NCBI GenBank assembly: GCA_033764315.1
Contig: JANRJA010000092.1
Coordinates: forward strand, 1 to 64,000
Direction of reading: 5' to 3'
Length of the DNA: 64,000 nucleotides
Source of the DNA: Oculatellaceae cyanobacterium bins.114
GTDB lineage: Bacteria; Cyanobacteriota; Cyanobacteriia; Elainellales; Elainellaceae
Notes under the pieces: generated by a model
Databases searched by the model: none
The model's input: only the letters and a program-made list of their open reading frames with translations
What the model was told of the DNA's origin: nothing
Shown: positions 11,168 to 22,679 of the stretch, in pieces
Layout of the letters: the number at the start of each line of letters is the position of its first letter
Numbering within the stretch: the first letter of the stretch is position 1
Position numbers and translations under genes: made by a program

Positions 11168-12220
11168 ATGCCTACCCGTGAAGAAATCCTGCAAACCTAT
11201 GACCCCAGTGGAATTGGTCTTGACAACGGCAATTTGTTAGGGTTGCCGTTTGACTATGACTCTGCCAACCTGATTGTGTTTGGTGTGCCCTGGGAAGTGA
11301 CCGTCTCCTATGGGGCAGGTACCGCTAACGGCCCCCTGCGTGTTTTAGAGGCTTCTCGGCAATTAGACGTGTTTGACTTCGATTATCCTGACGGCTGGAA
11401 GCACGGCATTTTTATGGCAGAGATTCCGGCTCAGATTCAGGCTCAAGGAGAGTCTCTGCGACGAGATGCGGCTCAAATTATCGAGCATCTTGAACAGGGA
11501 AACGCCATCGAAGACGACCCAGATCTCTTGCAGCGACTGCAACAAATCAATCAAGCCTGTGCCCAGGTAAACCAATGGTTATTTGAGCGATCGCAAGCTG
11601 CCATGAACCAGGGCAAACAGGTAGCCGTAATTGGGGGCGATCACAGTACCCCTTTGGGGTATTTACAGGCATTGGCACAACACTACTCTGACTTTGGCAT
11701 TTTGCACATTGATGCTCATGCTGATTTGCGCGATGCCTATGAAGGGTTTCAGTTCTCTCACGCTTCGATCATGTTTAATGCGCTGCAACTGCCACAAATT
11801 TCTAAATTGGTGCAAGTTGGCATTCGTGACCTGTGCCAAGACGAAGTGACCTTGATTCAACAATCACAGGGGCGGGTGTCTGCTTACTATGACCCAATGC
11901 TCAAGCAAAAACTTTATGCAGGTATTCCCTGGTCAGAACTCTGCCAGCAAATCGTGTCAGAACTGCCATCACAGGTTTACATCAGTTTTGATATTGATGG
12001 GTTAGATCCCAAGCTTTGCCCCAATACAGGAACCCCTGTTCCAGGAGGATTGGAGCTAGAGCAGGCGTTTTGCCTCTTTCGAGAGGTGGTGCAGAGCGGA
12101 CGACAGATTATTGGCTTTGACTTGGTCGAAGTCGGAGATGCCGAATGGGATGGCAACGTTGGGGCAAGAGCAGTTTATAAACTGTGTAACTTGATGGCAC
12201 TGTCGGCTCACCAACATTAG
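11168..12220 (+). CDS. speB: Agmatinase (ureohydrolase family)
   Basis: GGDHS, DAHADL, SFDIDGLDP, TGTPVPGG; next to the polyamine genes. Confidence 0.85.
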   Translation: MPTREEILQTYDPSGIGLDNGNLLGLPFDYDSANLIVFGVPWEVTVSYGAGTANGPLRVLEASRQLDVFDFDYPDGWKHGIFMAEIPAQIQAQGESLRRDAAQIIEHLEQGNAIEDDPDLLQRLQQINQACAQVNQWLFERSQAAMNQGKQVAVIGGDHSTPLGYLQALAQHYSDFGILHIDAHADLRDAYEGFQFSHASIMFNALQLPQISKLVQVGIRDLCQDEVTLIQQSQGRVSAYYDPMLKQKLYAGIPWSELCQQIVSELPSQVYISFDIDGLDPKLCPNTGTPVPGGLELEQAFCLFREVVQSGRQIIGFDLVEVGDAEWDGNVGARAVYKLCNLMALSAHQH

Positions 12221-12606
12221 GCATGGGGGAATGGTTCAACCCTTTAACAAAGCTCAGTGATCACAAAGGTCATACCATTTCTAGAAGTTTGGGCTACACC
12301 TCAATATTCCCGTAAAGGCGTTTCGCGAAATGTCTCTACTGCTAATCTGTAACCATTATGGGTTGAATTGGTATCAGCAAAACGGGAGGAGAGTTCAACG
12401 GGAGTATTATGCGAACCCTTCTAAAATCATTCCTTTTAGAGCACTCCCAAATTACGTACATGGCGTTAAGATTCCCCTGACTCTAGACAGAAACGGGTTA
12501 AAACTATAGCTTGCTTGGGGTGCATTTTCGGTTCTAACGTTCCTCCCTGACTGTTGGTTCAAGGGAGTGTATTTGTATGATATCCCTGTCCTCCCAAGGC
12601 GCACCT

Positions 12607-13512
12607 ATGTTTAAGAACTTAAAACTTGGAAAAAAGTTCACACTTCTGTTGTTGAGCGTCTTCTTTGGCAGCTTATTGCTGAGTAGTGTTGCCTTTGCCT
12701 ATGTGCTCAATCAAAATGCTCAGGATCAGCTGATGTCAAAGGCATTGGTTTTAATGCAAACGATGAACTCGGTGCGCCACTACACAAGCACCCAAATCAA
12801 CCCAGAATTGAAGCCTCGCTTAGAAGAAGAATTTTTGCCTGAGAGTGTTCCGGCTTACTCTGCCCGTGAGGTGTTTGAAAAGCTGCGAGAAGAGAGTGCC
12901 TACCGCGAATTCTTTTACAAAGAAGCAACCTTAAATCCAACCAACCTGCGAGACAAAGCAGATGGCTTTGAAACAACCGTGGTGGAGCAGTTTAGAAATT
13001 CCTCCGATCTCTCAGAACTTCACGGGTTTCGTAAATCAGCGGGTAATAATCTCTTTTATGTGGCTCGTCCTATTCAAATCACAGAACAAAGCTGTCTCCA
13101 GTGCCATAGCACTGCATCAGCGGCTCCAGCAAGCATGATTGAGCGTTATGGTGACGCGAATGGCTTTAACTGGCAGTTGAATGAAATCGTGGGAGCACAG
13201 ATCATCTCTGTTCCTGCGCGTCAGGTGGTGAATAGTGCAGCTCAAGCTTTTATGTTGTTGATGAGTATTTTATTAGTGGTGTTTGCGATCGCCATCTTTG
13301 CGGTGAATTCTCTCCTCCGTCGCTTTGTCGTACGTCCTCTGAGTCGCATGGCACAGGTTGCAGAGGTGGTGAGCACAGGAGATATGGGTGCTGAGTTTGA
13401 ATATGCAGCAAAAGATGAGGTGGGTGACATTGCCAAAGCCTTTGACCGCATGAAGGTCAGCTTGAGTATGGCAATGCACATGTTAGAACAGCCGCAAAAG
13501 TATAAGGAGTAA
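12607..13512 (+). CDS. Membrane protein with periplasmic heme-c (DUF3365-like) sensor and HAMP domain, no output domain
   Basis: TM - CLQCH (CxxCH) - TM - HAMP (DEVGDIAKAFDRM), then stop. Confidence 0.85.
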   Translation: MFKNLKLGKKFTLLLLSVFFGSLLLSSVAFAYVLNQNAQDQLMSKALVLMQTMNSVRHYTSTQINPELKPRLEEEFLPESVPAYSAREVFEKLREESAYREFFYKEATLNPTNLRDKADGFETTVVEQFRNSSDLSELHGFRKSAGNNLFYVARPIQITEQSCLQCHSTASAAPASMIERYGDANGFNWQLNEIVGAQIISVPARQVVNSAAQAFMLLMSILLVVFAIAIFAVNSLLRRFVVRPLSRMAQVAEVVSTGDMGAEFEYAAKDEVGDIAKAFDRMKVSLSMAMHMLEQPQKYKE

Positions 13513-13559
13513 AAGAGCGCAATGTGAAATTCAGGGGTTTAGATCCCTGGTTTCTCGGT

Positions 13560-13790
13560 ACAGAGTTGTTGCAAGCGTGTGAGAACCAGGCATTGGGGGA
13601 GTCTCCCCCAAACCCCCATTGGGGGACGCCACTGCCTCCCCCAAACCCCCTAGCAGACGGTGTTTCGATTCACCCAAAGACGCGCTTCGCATCGGTGCCA
13701 AGTCCGGGTGTTTCGGGTGAGGGCAAGACCCCTGGCAACGGCTCAAAGTCCCCCAAAGTTAGGAGATTTAGGGGGCTAAGAAGACTTGTA
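13560..13790. repeat. G/C-run palindromic intergenic repeats
   Basis: TTGGGGGAGTCTCCCCCAA, GGGGGA...TCCCCCAAACCCCC and CCCCCAAAGTTAGGAGATTTAGGGGG hairpins between convergent genes. Confidence 0.6.
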
Positions 13791-13863
13791 AGCAGACAGT
13801 AGGATGGCGACAGCCGGGGATGAATTAGAGGCCCCCTCATGTCCAAACTGGTACTACTGCCTC

Positions 13864-15651
13864 TCAAGGCAACAGTTTGTGGCGAAATTCTTCGGCAGCT
13901 TGGGGTGAGGGAATCTTACTGGCAAGCTTAGCGATTAACTGGTCTTGCGAAAGATGGGGTTCCTGGTTTAAGACGTTGTTTACCAACAACCGCGCCATTG
14001 GGCCAATGCAACGCGCCAACTCATATTCACAGGATGCCCGAAACTCTGGGCTAATAGTCGCAGCGGACACTGCCTGTGATGGATGCGATGGAGTCGATGG
14101 AGATAGAGTCGCGTGAGCAAAGGCTGGAGAATGGGATTGAGCCGTTGTCGGAAGCAGGGGAGAGCCTGATTGATCGAGCCTGTTAAGGTCAACTAAAACC
14201 TCTTGTGCCGACTGATAGCGGTCTTTGGGTTTGTCAGACAACAGGCGATGCAAAATTGCGGCAAGGCGATCGCCCACCTCCACATATTCTTGCCACTTCC
14301 ATTCCAGGGTTTGGGCATCCATCAAATTACCAGGCTCTTGCCCGGTCAATAGCACTAGAGCAGTCACTCCCAATGCATAGAGATCACTACAGGGAAAACA
14401 TTGCCCCATACTTAACTGTTCACGAGGGGCATATCCCACCTTCCCAGCAAACGATCCCTGACTTTCACGAGTGGCGCGACCAGAGCTGATAGCGTGCAAC
14501 TTGGTCATCGTTTGTTTCACCAACCCAAAGTCAATCAGCATGGGTTGAGTCCGCAGAGTGGGCAACATGATGTTGTCCGGTGAAATATCTCGATGAATAA
14601 TGCCCTGGTCATGGATATAAGTCAGAACGGGCAACAGATCCTTAAGCCATTGCACAATTTCATCAGGAGTAAACTTTTTCCCTTCTTTTTGACGCTCTCG
14701 TAAGACCTCAGCATACGTCTTGCCGTTGACGTATTCCTGCACTAAAAACAAGCGTCCATTTTCCTCAAACCATGCCGAAAATTTAGGAATTTGGGGGTGA
14801 TTGATTTGATAGAGAATGCCTGCTTCTTTTTGAAAGAGCTCTCGTGCATTACTAGCCGTGTAACCTGCCGTCCAACGGGGCACAAATTCCTTCAACACAC
14901 ACAATTCATCAAATCGTTGGGTATCTACTACCAAATAGGTACGCCCAAATCCACCTTCTCCTAAGGTTCGTTGAACTCGGTAACGATTGACGATCAAGCT
15001 ATCAGCTGACAGTTCGTGAGTCTTGTGATCGACCGTTGGTGTCGATCTAACTTCGCCAAAGGTAATGCTATAAGCTGGAATGGGGTTCTGAATGTTTTTG
15101 AGTTCAAGTTCACCGAGATACTCTGCGTTCAACGACAGTTGGTTATTAACCACATCAAAGACGGTCTGCGAAATGCAGATGCCTCCTGGTTTTGCACAGG
15201 TTTGCAACCGAGCCGCAATATTGACCCCATTGCCCATCGCATCTTCTTGACGAAAGAAAACATCGCCTAAATGAATGCCAATGCGATGCAACAAGACATC
15301 TGATGCAGACAGGCGACTACTAGAGTCAGCGATCGCTTTTTGAATCTCTAAAGCACAAGACACCGCTTGCACGGCACTGGAGAAATACATCATCAGTCCG
15401 TCTCCAGTGGATTTGAGCACTTGCCCCGAAAACTGGACACACAAACGACGCATTAAGCTAATGTCACGGTTCATCAAATCTAACGTGTGTTCTTCGGCAG
15501 CAGACATGCGGGCACTGAAGTTAACGCCATCTGTAAAGACAATAGCGGCTAGTGTGCGCTGACCACGAATGTCAACCGAAGGAGCATCAGAACTCATAGA
15601 TACGCCAGGGTAAGAGAGTAGATCTAGAGGGGGTATTGTCATGGATCTCAT
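13864..15651 (-). CDS. Class III nucleotide cyclase fused to Hanks-type Ser/Thr kinase
   Basis: VFTD, KSTGDG, RIGIHLGD, NIAARLQ; LGEGGFG, VLKE, HRDISPDN, DFG, YAPRE. Confidence 0.9.
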   Translation of the reverse strand: MRSMTIPPLDLLSYPGVSMSSDAPSVDIRGQRTLAAIVFTDGVNFSARMSAAEEHTLDLMNRDISLMRRLCVQFSGQVLKSTGDGLMMYFSSAVQAVSCALEIQKAIADSSSRLSASDVLLHRIGIHLGDVFFRQEDAMGNGVNIAARLQTCAKPGGICISQTVFDVVNNQLSLNAEYLGELELKNIQNPIPAYSITFGEVRSTPTVDHKTHELSADSLIVNRYRVQRTLGEGGFGRTYLVVDTQRFDELCVLKEFVPRWTAGYTASNARELFQKEAGILYQINHPQIPKFSAWFEENGRLFLVQEYVNGKTYAEVLRERQKEGKKFTPDEIVQWLKDLLPVLTYIHDQGIIHRDISPDNIMLPTLRTQPMLIDFGLVKQTMTKLHAISSGRATRESQGSFAGKVGYAPREQLSMGQCFPCSDLYALGVTALVLLTGQEPGNLMDAQTLEWKWQEYVEVGDRLAAILHRLLSDKPKDRYQSAQEVLVDLNRLDQSGSPLLPTTAQSHSPAFAHATLSPSTPSHPSQAVSAATISPEFRASCEYELARCIGPMARLLVNNVLNQEPHLSQDQLIAKLASKIPSPQAAEEFRHKLLP

Positions 15652-15843
15652 GACTCTAATAACATCTACAACAGTCGTGATAGTGAACCCTGAGACTTCT
15701 AGTATATACGGAAGTTTATAAAGCAGAGGAATAGAAGCCGTTGCTACTTTAGGGCAACAGAGTTGTTAGAAATACGCCTTGACGAAATTCATCCACTCAG
15801 CAACACCCAGAAGAATGTTGATTGTTGAACCAATCTTCTCCTG

Positions 15844-16761
15844 CTATGGATTTTCTACAGCTAAAACCGCTGGGATTTCGCGAACATTTGCCTCAATTGG
15901 CTCAACTTTTTGAATAAATTCAATCAGATGAGCATAGCTCGGTGCATCACCTGTAGGGATATAACCCGCATCTGAGGCAATATCAGAGGTGGCTTGACTG
16001 AGAGCCTGACGAATCACCTGTTCTTGATTGCGATCGACCATCGGACTCAACAACACAGCCCCCGGTGGAATGGCACGGCTCTGGTGAATCACCTTTAGCT
16101 CGGCATTGACCTCAAACTCATATTGCTCTAGTTGGGTTTGGGACAAAGCAGCGGCATCAATCTTGCCCTCTGCTAGCCAGGTCAATGCAGTTTTGGGGGT
16201 TGGGGCAAAGCGAATCTCAGCTAGCGTCAGCCCATACAAATCGTAAAGTGGTAAGTAATAGCCAGCGGCTGATCCCTGCTCTCCTAATGCCAGAACTCGA
16301 TTTTGCAAATCTTTTAACTGGCTGATGCCACTGTCTGCTCGCACCACCAACACCGACATTTCAGTGCCCTGACTTTCCAGGGGAAGGATGGGAATATATT
16401 GCTCTTGATCGATGGCGATCGCGGCTAAACCGGGAGGGGCAAACACAATCGACCAGGACTGCCGCCGAATCTGCTCTAACGCTTGAATCTCGTTATAGAC
16501 TGGCTCTAACTCAATCACGGCCCCAGTTTGTTCACCCAGATATTGCTTAAAGCGATCGTACTTTTCGAGGGATGCACTGCCCTCGCCATAGCTGACGATG
16601 CCCACGGTAAGTTTGCTGATAGGGGTTTCAGGTTCAGTGGCGCATCCGGTGATTAGCAATGGGACACTCAATACGGTGGAGGTGACGAGTGTGATCAACC
16701 CAGATAGGATTCCACGCTGAAAACGAAGACGGGTGTTTCTTGAACCCTGGATAGTGCTCAT
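15844..16761 (-). CDS. PhnD-like phosphate/phosphonate-binding lipoprotein
   Basis: Lipobox-like ITGC; GSAAGYYLP; PBP2-type pattern. Confidence 0.8.
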   Translation of the reverse strand: MSTIQGSRNTRLRFQRGILSGLITLVTSTVLSVPLLITGCATEPETPISKLTVGIVSYGEGSASLEKYDRFKQYLGEQTGAVIELEPVYNEIQALEQIRRQSWSIVFAPPGLAAIAIDQEQYIPILPLESQGTEMSVLVVRADSGISQLKDLQNRVLALGEQGSAAGYYLPLYDLYGLTLAEIRFAPTPKTALTWLAEGKIDAAALSQTQLEQYEFEVNAELKVIHQSRAIPPGAVLLSPMVDRNQEQVIRQALSQATSDIASDAGYIPTGDAPSYAHLIEFIQKVEPIEANVREIPAVLAVENP

Positions 16762-17010
16762 CGGTATTCAATCAACTGAAGATCAACAAATTTGCCCTGG
16801 CGATGTGACTACTCTATAGCGATCGCCCCTGATCTCTGAAATTCTTTAAGAATCTTCCCAGAACCGGGTTAACCACGCCCTGGTTTTAGACGAAATCAGG
16901 GAACGAAACTAGAATTTAAGTGCCGTGATTCTTGAGTGGGGTTTGGGAAACTAAACCGCTGGTTGGGAGTGGGGCGATCACCATTGAAATTGTTATGGGG
17001 GAGCTGTTGT

Positions 17011-17364
17011 ATGCATCAAAGTCAACTGGCGGGTCTGATCATTGACTGCCAAACCGATGACCTGGATCAAGCGGCTGAATTTTGGAGTCAAGCCCTTGGT
17101 CTTACATTGAAACCTTCAATAGACCCCGCAGAAGATCAGTATCGAGCCTTGGCAACAGAACCCAACAAACCCTATATCGAAGTGCAAAAGGTCGAGCATC
17201 CCAGTCGAGTGCACATCGACATCGAAACCAATGATGTGGAGGCAGAGGTGCAGCGACTAGAGGGATTGGGTGCCACTCGTGTGACACACGTGCGAACTTG
17301 GTGGGTGATGGAGGCTCCGACAGGACATCGGTTCTGCGTGGTGCCGATGAAAGCTGATTTGTAG
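17011..17364 (+). CDS. VOC/glyoxalase family protein
   Basis: IIDC, FWSQALG, RVHIDI, LGAT, APTGHRFCV. Confidence 0.85.
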   Translation: MHQSQLAGLIIDCQTDDLDQAAEFWSQALGLTLKPSIDPAEDQYRALATEPNKPYIEVQKVEHPSRVHIDIETNDVEAEVQRLEGLGATRVTHVRTWWVMEAPTGHRFCVVPMKADL

Positions 17365-17395
17365 AACCTACCCTTTTTCGCTTGCGATCGCTCCG

Positions 17396-18154
17396 TCACC
17401 CATCAGACGGATTGTCAAGATGTAATTGGTCTTGCTCCCATAAAAGGGGATTGTTTTGAATGTATTGCCGAATGAATTTCAAGGCTTTTTCATCCCGAAT
17501 GATGCGATCGTAGTAGTCGCGTTGCCACAAGGGAACCCCCCTGATCTGACGCATTTGATTAATCCGTCGTGTTGTAATCGATTTGAAATTGAGAACGATC
17601 GCACCTATTGATCCTTTTGTTAACCGGGGTGGTAGGGGTGCGGCATTCGGCAATTTGTCTTTGAGTTTGTGCGATCGCCCTTGCCCGAATGCCACACCCG
17701 GATTGGGCGATCGCTTGGGTTGGGGTGCGGCATTCGGCAATTTGTCTTTGAGTTTGTGCGATCGCCCTTGTCCGAATGCCACACCCGAATTGGGCGATCG
17801 GTTGGGTTGGGGTGTGGCATTGGAATTTAGGTTTTCGGTGAGGGTTGATGAACTGTGATCCAATGCCGCACCCCTACAGGGTGGTTCGGTTATGACCAAA
17901 ATGCCGTGAAGATGGTTGGGCATGACCACAAACATGTCTAATTTAAGGTTTGGAAAATGAGATGGTAATCGTTGCCAATGGGCATCCACTAATTTCCCAA
18001 ATTCGTTCAATTGCATCTCACCGTTGACAATTTCCCCAAACAAACATTCTCGTTGATGCACACAAAGGGTAATGAAATAGGCTCCGGGCGATGTGTAATC
18101 GTGTCCCTTTAACCGAATCGATCGCCTGTGATGTTTATCTGGGTTATATTTCAC
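17396..18154 (-). mobile_element. REP-associated tyrosine transposase (RAYT, Y1 HUH)
   Basis: RRSIRLKGHDY, YFIT, VVMPNHLHGI (HUH), WQRDYYDRIIR, YIQNNP. Confidence 0.9.
17632..17877. repeat. In-frame REP array inside the RAYT gene
   Basis: Perfect 16-bp IRs GTAGGGGTGCGGCATT/AATGCCGCACCCCTAC enclosing 87-bp tandem units. Confidence 0.9.
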
Positions 18155-18236
18155 GAAATTCTACCAACGCTTTTAATTTGTAGAATTCCCCGATCACACT
18201 GTTTCTCACATTGATGATGTTTGCAAGAACGGTTTT

Positions 18237-18278
18237 GTAGGGGCGGTTTTGTAAGGGCGGTTCGCGAACCGCCCCTAC
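18237..18278. repeat. GTAG-type REP hairpin upstream of RAYT
   Basis: GTAAGGGCGGTTCGCGAACCGCCCCTAC palindrome. Confidence 0.8.
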
Positions 18279-18348
18279 GGGGTTCCACACCCGATCGCCC
18301 CTCACCTCCACCTCCCCGGTTGCTCCAAGCGACCGGGGAGGTAAACCC

Positions 18349-21117
18349 CTACTCGCCACACCCGATCGGTGCCCCAATCTCTTCTCGAATCGCCACACAC
18401 TGCGCTCGAAACTCCTGCGCTCGATCGGGTTGACCCAACCCCCGATAAACAACACCAAGCCAACCCAGCGTAAACCCCTCACCCAATCGATCGCCCACCT
18501 CACGACGAATGACAAGTGCCTGTTCTAGATAACTCAATGCCTGCTCATACTGCCTCTGGTCAGCATAAACAGTGCCAATGTTGCTGAGGGTTCTCCCTTC
18601 ACTAAGACGATCGCCCACTTCACGAGTAATGGCAAGGGATTGTTGGTAATAATCGAGTGCCTGTGGGTATTGCCTTTGACTCCAATAAATTCCCCCAATG
18701 TTATTGAGGGTGACTCCTTCTCCAGGGCGATCGCCCACCTCACGAGCAATGGCAAGGGCTTGTTGGTAATAGTCGAGTGCCTGCGGATATTGCCCTTGAT
18801 TGTTGTAAACCAGTCCAATGTTGTTGAGGATAACTCCTTCACTAAGGCGACTCTCCTGCGGAAACGCTTCGCGAACGCTCACTTCCTGAGTAATGACAAG
18901 GGCTTGTTGGTAATACTCTAATGCTTGCAGATACTGCCCTTGATTAGCATAAACCAACCCAAGGTCACTGAGGGTAGTGCCTTCTGCCTGACGATTTCCC
19001 TGTGCTTGAAAGCCTTTGAGAGCCTGTTCATAGGTTTCTAATGCTTCGGGGTAACGTCCCCGTGCTAAAAGAGCAACGCCAAGCCCATAGAGGCTCTGAG
19101 TTTCAACCGATTGTTCGCCAATCACGCTTCCAGCAGCATCTAAAAAGCGACGATAGGCATCGTTGATATTGCTAATGTCATCGGTAGAAAACAAATCAGT
19201 TCCAGCACCTCGTAGTCGAGGGATGATGGTGTCAAAGATTTCTCTGCCCTGACTCATGGCGGCGACGGCTTCTCCAGTGCGGCGTTCGGCTTCGTCAGCA
19301 CGGGCGGTGACTTCTTCTAGACGCTCGGTAGCTTCATTGGCACGGGCGGTGGTAGTGACTAAACGGTCTTCGGCTTGTCGGGCTTGTGTTTCGATGGTCT
19401 GTCGTTGTCGGTTGGCGTTTGCCAGATCGGTTTTGGTGGCGTTGAGTTGTCGGGTGGTGGCTTGTAGTTGTTGTTGAGCAGTGGTGCGTTCGCGTTCTGC
19501 CCGTGCGGTGATTTGCTCCAATTGGTCTTGGGCTTCTGCGGTTTTTTGTTCAGCGGTTTCTCGCTCTGCGCTGACTCGCTTCAGTTCTGCGACTGCCTCG
19601 GCTTCATTTTGTAGGGCATTTGTGAGTCGGGCTTCGGTGGCATCGGCTTCAGCAGAAAGTTGGGTGGCGCGATTTTCTACAATGTCCAGTTCTCGAAATG
19701 ACCAGAGTGCGGCTCCCGCTGCAACCAGGAGTGAGATCGCCAAAATCTCTAAACTAATGCGGTTGCGGCGATTGGCTTTGCGAGTAGCGGCTTCTAAGAT
19801 CTGCTTGGCTTCGGTTTCTTGGGCGAGTGCCGCTTCCATGTCGCGGGTGGCGAGTTCTTGGCTGGCTCTCAAGAAGTCGTTGTCGTCCTGGCTCAGGTTT
19901 TTGCCCTGCGACCACTCGACGGCTTCCTGCAATGCCTGTCCGCGCAACAGGCGGGACTCGTCGGTGCGGTCTGAGGCAAGCCAGATGCTAATGGCTTCGG
20001 CGTAGGGGCGCAGTTTTGCCAGTGCCTCTTCGACCCAGGCAGCGTCAAACACGGCGGCATAGATGGGGTTATAGAGCTTGAGGGTTTGCTGCTGTTCGAC
20101 CACCAGACCAGAGAGGCGCAGTTCCATCTGTTCCTCACTGCCATCAGCAGCAATTTCGCCCTGTTGCAAAATCTGCTGATAGAGTCCGAGCAGTTGTCCG
20201 GTGCGTTGTTCGCTGGCACGGAGGCGATCGCGAATGGTTCGCAGATGCACGGGTTCGTCCTGCGATTCCCAGTTGGTGATGAGGCGATCGCGCACGAGTT
20301 GAGCCACAACAGCGGCTTCCTCACCAGGGGGAATGGCATCGGGCAGGGTGAGCACCCGTTGACACAGTTTTTGGGTGAGGAAGGGTTGTCCCCCCGTCCA
20401 TTCTAAAATCGCAGCTAATACGGCTTGGGGATTGGTGGTTTTTGTCGTCAGTCCTGCTGCCAGGGGAGCGACTTCGTGGGGTTGAAAGCCGTTGAGGGCG
20501 ATCGCTCTGCCAATGTTGAACTGAGTGCGGCTCTTGTCGGCAATCAGATCCGAGGGAGTGGCAACCCCTAAAAGCACAAACGATAGCCGTTGATAACGGG
20601 GATCATCCACCCGCCGATTATAGAAGGAACGGATCAGAGCAAAGAAATCGTCCTTAAAGTCGAGCTTAAAGATGCTGTCGATCTCGTCAATAAACAGGGC
20701 GATCGGTTGGGCAATGTCGCCGAGGAGGACGGCATCAATAAACTTGCCAAATTTCTGCACTGGGGAGAGCAACCGTTCCTGCTCCCACCACTCCACCAGG
20801 TCGATGTGGGTCAGGTGCAGCTTGTGGATCAGCGTATCGATCAACCCGCCATACCACTGCTCGTTAGTGATGTTCTTCGTACCAATTCCCGTAATATCGA
20901 TGTCAGCACAAGCAAAGCCCTCTTGCTGCAACCGTCGCATGGTTCGCACCCGCAAGCTCGACTTGCCCATCTGCCGCGAGTTCAACACATAGCAAAATTC
21001 TCCCGCTTTCAGGGCGGTATATAAGTCCTGGTCTGCCTGACGTTCGACATAGCTAGGGGCATCCACGGGCAGACTGCCCCCAACCCGATATTCGTATGGG
21101 GTCGAGTGGTTGTTCAT
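18349..21117 (-). CDS. AAA_35-like NTPase with TM segment, coiled coil and TPR repeats
   Basis: [35 protein letters not shown]; repeated [13 protein letters not shown]s; start at 21117 by ATGA overlap. Confidence 0.88.
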   Translation of the reverse strand: MNNHSTPYEYRVGGSLPVDAPSYVERQADQDLYTALKAGEFCYVLNSRQMGKSSLRVRTMRRLQQEGFACADIDITGIGTKNITNEQWYGGLIDTLIHKLHLTHIDLVEWWEQERLLSPVQKFGKFIDAVLLGDIAQPIALFIDEIDSIFKLDFKDDFFALIRSFYNRRVDDPRYQRLSFVLLGVATPSDLIADKSRTQFNIGRAIALNGFQPHEVAPLAAGLTTKTTNPQAVLAAILEWTGGQPFLTQKLCQRVLTLPDAIPPGEEAAVVAQLVRDRLITNWESQDEPVHLRTIRDRLRASEQRTGQLLGLYQQILQQGEIAADGSEEQMELRLSGLVVEQQQTLKLYNPIYAAVFDAAWVEEALAKLRPYAEAISIWLASDRTDESRLLRGQALQEAVEWSQGKNLSQDDNDFLRASQELATRDMEAALAQETEAKQILEAATRKANRRNRISLEILAISLLVAAGAALWSFRELDIVENRATQLSAEADATEARLTNALQNEAEAVAELKRVSAERETAEQKTAEAQDQLEQITARAERERTTAQQQLQATTRQLNATKTDLANANRQRQTIETQARQAEDRLVTTTARANEATERLEEVTARADEAERRTGEAVAAMSQGREIFDTIIPRLRGAGTDLFSTDDISNINDAYRRFLDAAGSVIGEQSVETQSLYGLGVALLARGRYPEALETYEQALKGFQAQGNRQAEGTTLSDLGLVYANQGQYLQALEYYQQALVITQEVSVREAFPQESRLSEGVILNNIGLVYNNQGQYPQALDYYQQALAIAREVGDRPGEGVTLNNIGGIYWSQRQYPQALDYYQQSLAITREVGDRLSEGRTLSNIGTVYADQRQYEQALSYLEQALVIRREVGDRLGEGFTLGWLGVVYRGLGQPDRAQEFRAQCVAIREEIGAPIGCGE

Positions 21118-22679
21118 GACCGTCCCCCCAATCGTTTGGCAAAATACAGGCGATAGAGGTGACACAGGGCAATCACTTCATCATCCTGCAAGCGTACTAA
21201 ACCCATACTGTGCAACCGAAAACCCAGTTTTGGCTCCAGTCCGACGGCTCCCGGTGTGCTCACCACCTGCTTCATGGCCGTTGCCAGTTGCGGGTCGCTG
21301 TGCAGGTTTTCCAGGTGTCGCCGCAGGTGATCCCCATACAGCCCCGCTTCGGTAGGAGCCGTTTGCAAAAAGCGTTCCAGCGTCATGCCTCGTGCCATCT
21401 CATACAACGCCTTTCGCACCAGATAGGGATGCCCCGACACCATCTCTAGCAGTTGGGCGATCTGCGGCTCTGACCATCTCAAGCCATGCTGCTGCACCAG
21501 ATGGATCACCTGTTGGGAGGTGAACTCTGGCAACTCCGTCGGCAACCCCACGTTAAACGGCGAGTGCTCCACATTCAGGGGAATGTAGACCTCCCTGGAG
21601 TGGGCGATCACCAACCCTAACCGCTGCCAGGTGGGGTCGTTTTTGCTCATCTCGTGCCATGCCCGCAGCAACCCAAAAAAGTCCTGCGCTACATCCAGAT
21701 GTTGAAACACCTGATCCACTTCATCCAGTCCCAGGGTCAGGGGTTGCTGAATCGTCGGCAACAGATAGCGTTGAAAGTAGTTGGTGCAGTTGCTCTTGCT
21801 GCCCAACATTGGTTTCCACACTTCGGCGAGACGGTCATCCAGATTTAGCTCGTTGGCGACACTGGCACAGAACCACTGCAACAGGCGATCGATGCTGGTG
21901 AGGGAGTCGCCATCCACCAGTTGCAGATTGAGGCAGACAGTGCGGTGTCCATGCTCGCGCGATCGCTGCAAAATCCGCTGCATCAAGGAGGTCTTGCCCC
22001 ACTGTCGGGGAGCTTTGATGCGAATCAGTGCTCCCGGTTTGACAATCTCGGCATAACAGTTGGCCTCAATCGGCGGACGCTCGACGTATAGAGGGGAATT
22101 TAAGCCAACGGAACCCTCTGGCAGGTCGAGGCGATCGGGCGGGATGACAGTGATGGCTTCCGAGAGGTCTAGAGATTGAATTGGCTTTCGTTCAGAGGAT
22201 GGCTTTTGCGGTCGGGTAGCAATTGTCTCTGCGGCTTCCCGAATCCCCTTGGCGATGTTGAGAAACGCCTCATCCCGATTGTTCCATTTAGTAACAGGCT
22301 TGGCATCCTTGGGAAACGCCTGTAATTTGGCAAAGGGCGCACTACTCCAGTCCACAGGCTTGAGAATAATCGGAATGACACAGGCTTCGCCTGCTTCGTG
22401 CCGATCCATTGCCCGTTGCATCTCGATCCCGTAGCAATAGTCCGATGCTAGAAACTGGTCACTGATCAGCAACAGAATGATATCCGCCGAGTTTAGCTTG
22501 TCGTCGATCGCCCCTGCCCACTCGGAGCCTGCCGTAATCTTGCGATCGTGCCACGCCTGAATCACCTCCTGCCGCCGCAACAGCGATAGATGCGAGTCCA
22601 ATCTTTCTCGCAACTTTTCATCTCGATGCGAGTAAGAAATAAAAACCTCAACGGGTCTAGCCAGTGAGTTCATAGCCAA
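21114..22679 (-). CDS. TIR domain + AAA_35-like NTPase
   Basis: [45 protein letters not shown]. Confidence 0.9.
   Translation of the reverse strand: MAMNSLARPVEVFISYSHRDEKLRERLDSHLSLLRRQEVIQAWHDRKITAGSEWAGAIDDKLNSADIILLLISDQFLASDYCYGIEMQRAMDRHEAGEACVIPIILKPVDWSSAPFAKLQAFPKDAKPVTKWNNRDEAFLNIAKGIREAAETIATRPQKPSSERKPIQSLDLSEAITVIPPDRLDLPEGSVGLNSPLYVERPPIEANCYAEIVKPGALIRIKAPRQWGKTSLMQRILQRSREHGHRTVCLNLQLVDGDSLTSIDRLLQWFCASVANELNLDDRLAEVWKPMLGSKSNCTNYFQRYLLPTIQQPLTLGLDEVDQVFQHLDVAQDFFGLLRAWHEMSKNDPTWQRLGLVIAHSREVYIPLNVEHSPFNVGLPTELPEFTSQQVIHLVQQHGLRWSEPQIAQLLEMVSGHPYLVRKALYEMARGMTLERFLQTAPTEAGLYGDHLRRHLENLHSDPQLATAMKQVVSTPGAVGLEPKLGFRLHSMGLVRLQDDEVIALCHLYRLYFAKRLGGRS

Noticed and set aside
13524..13867. 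Short ORFs in the intergenic region
   Set aside because: They are translations of palindromic G/C-run repeats
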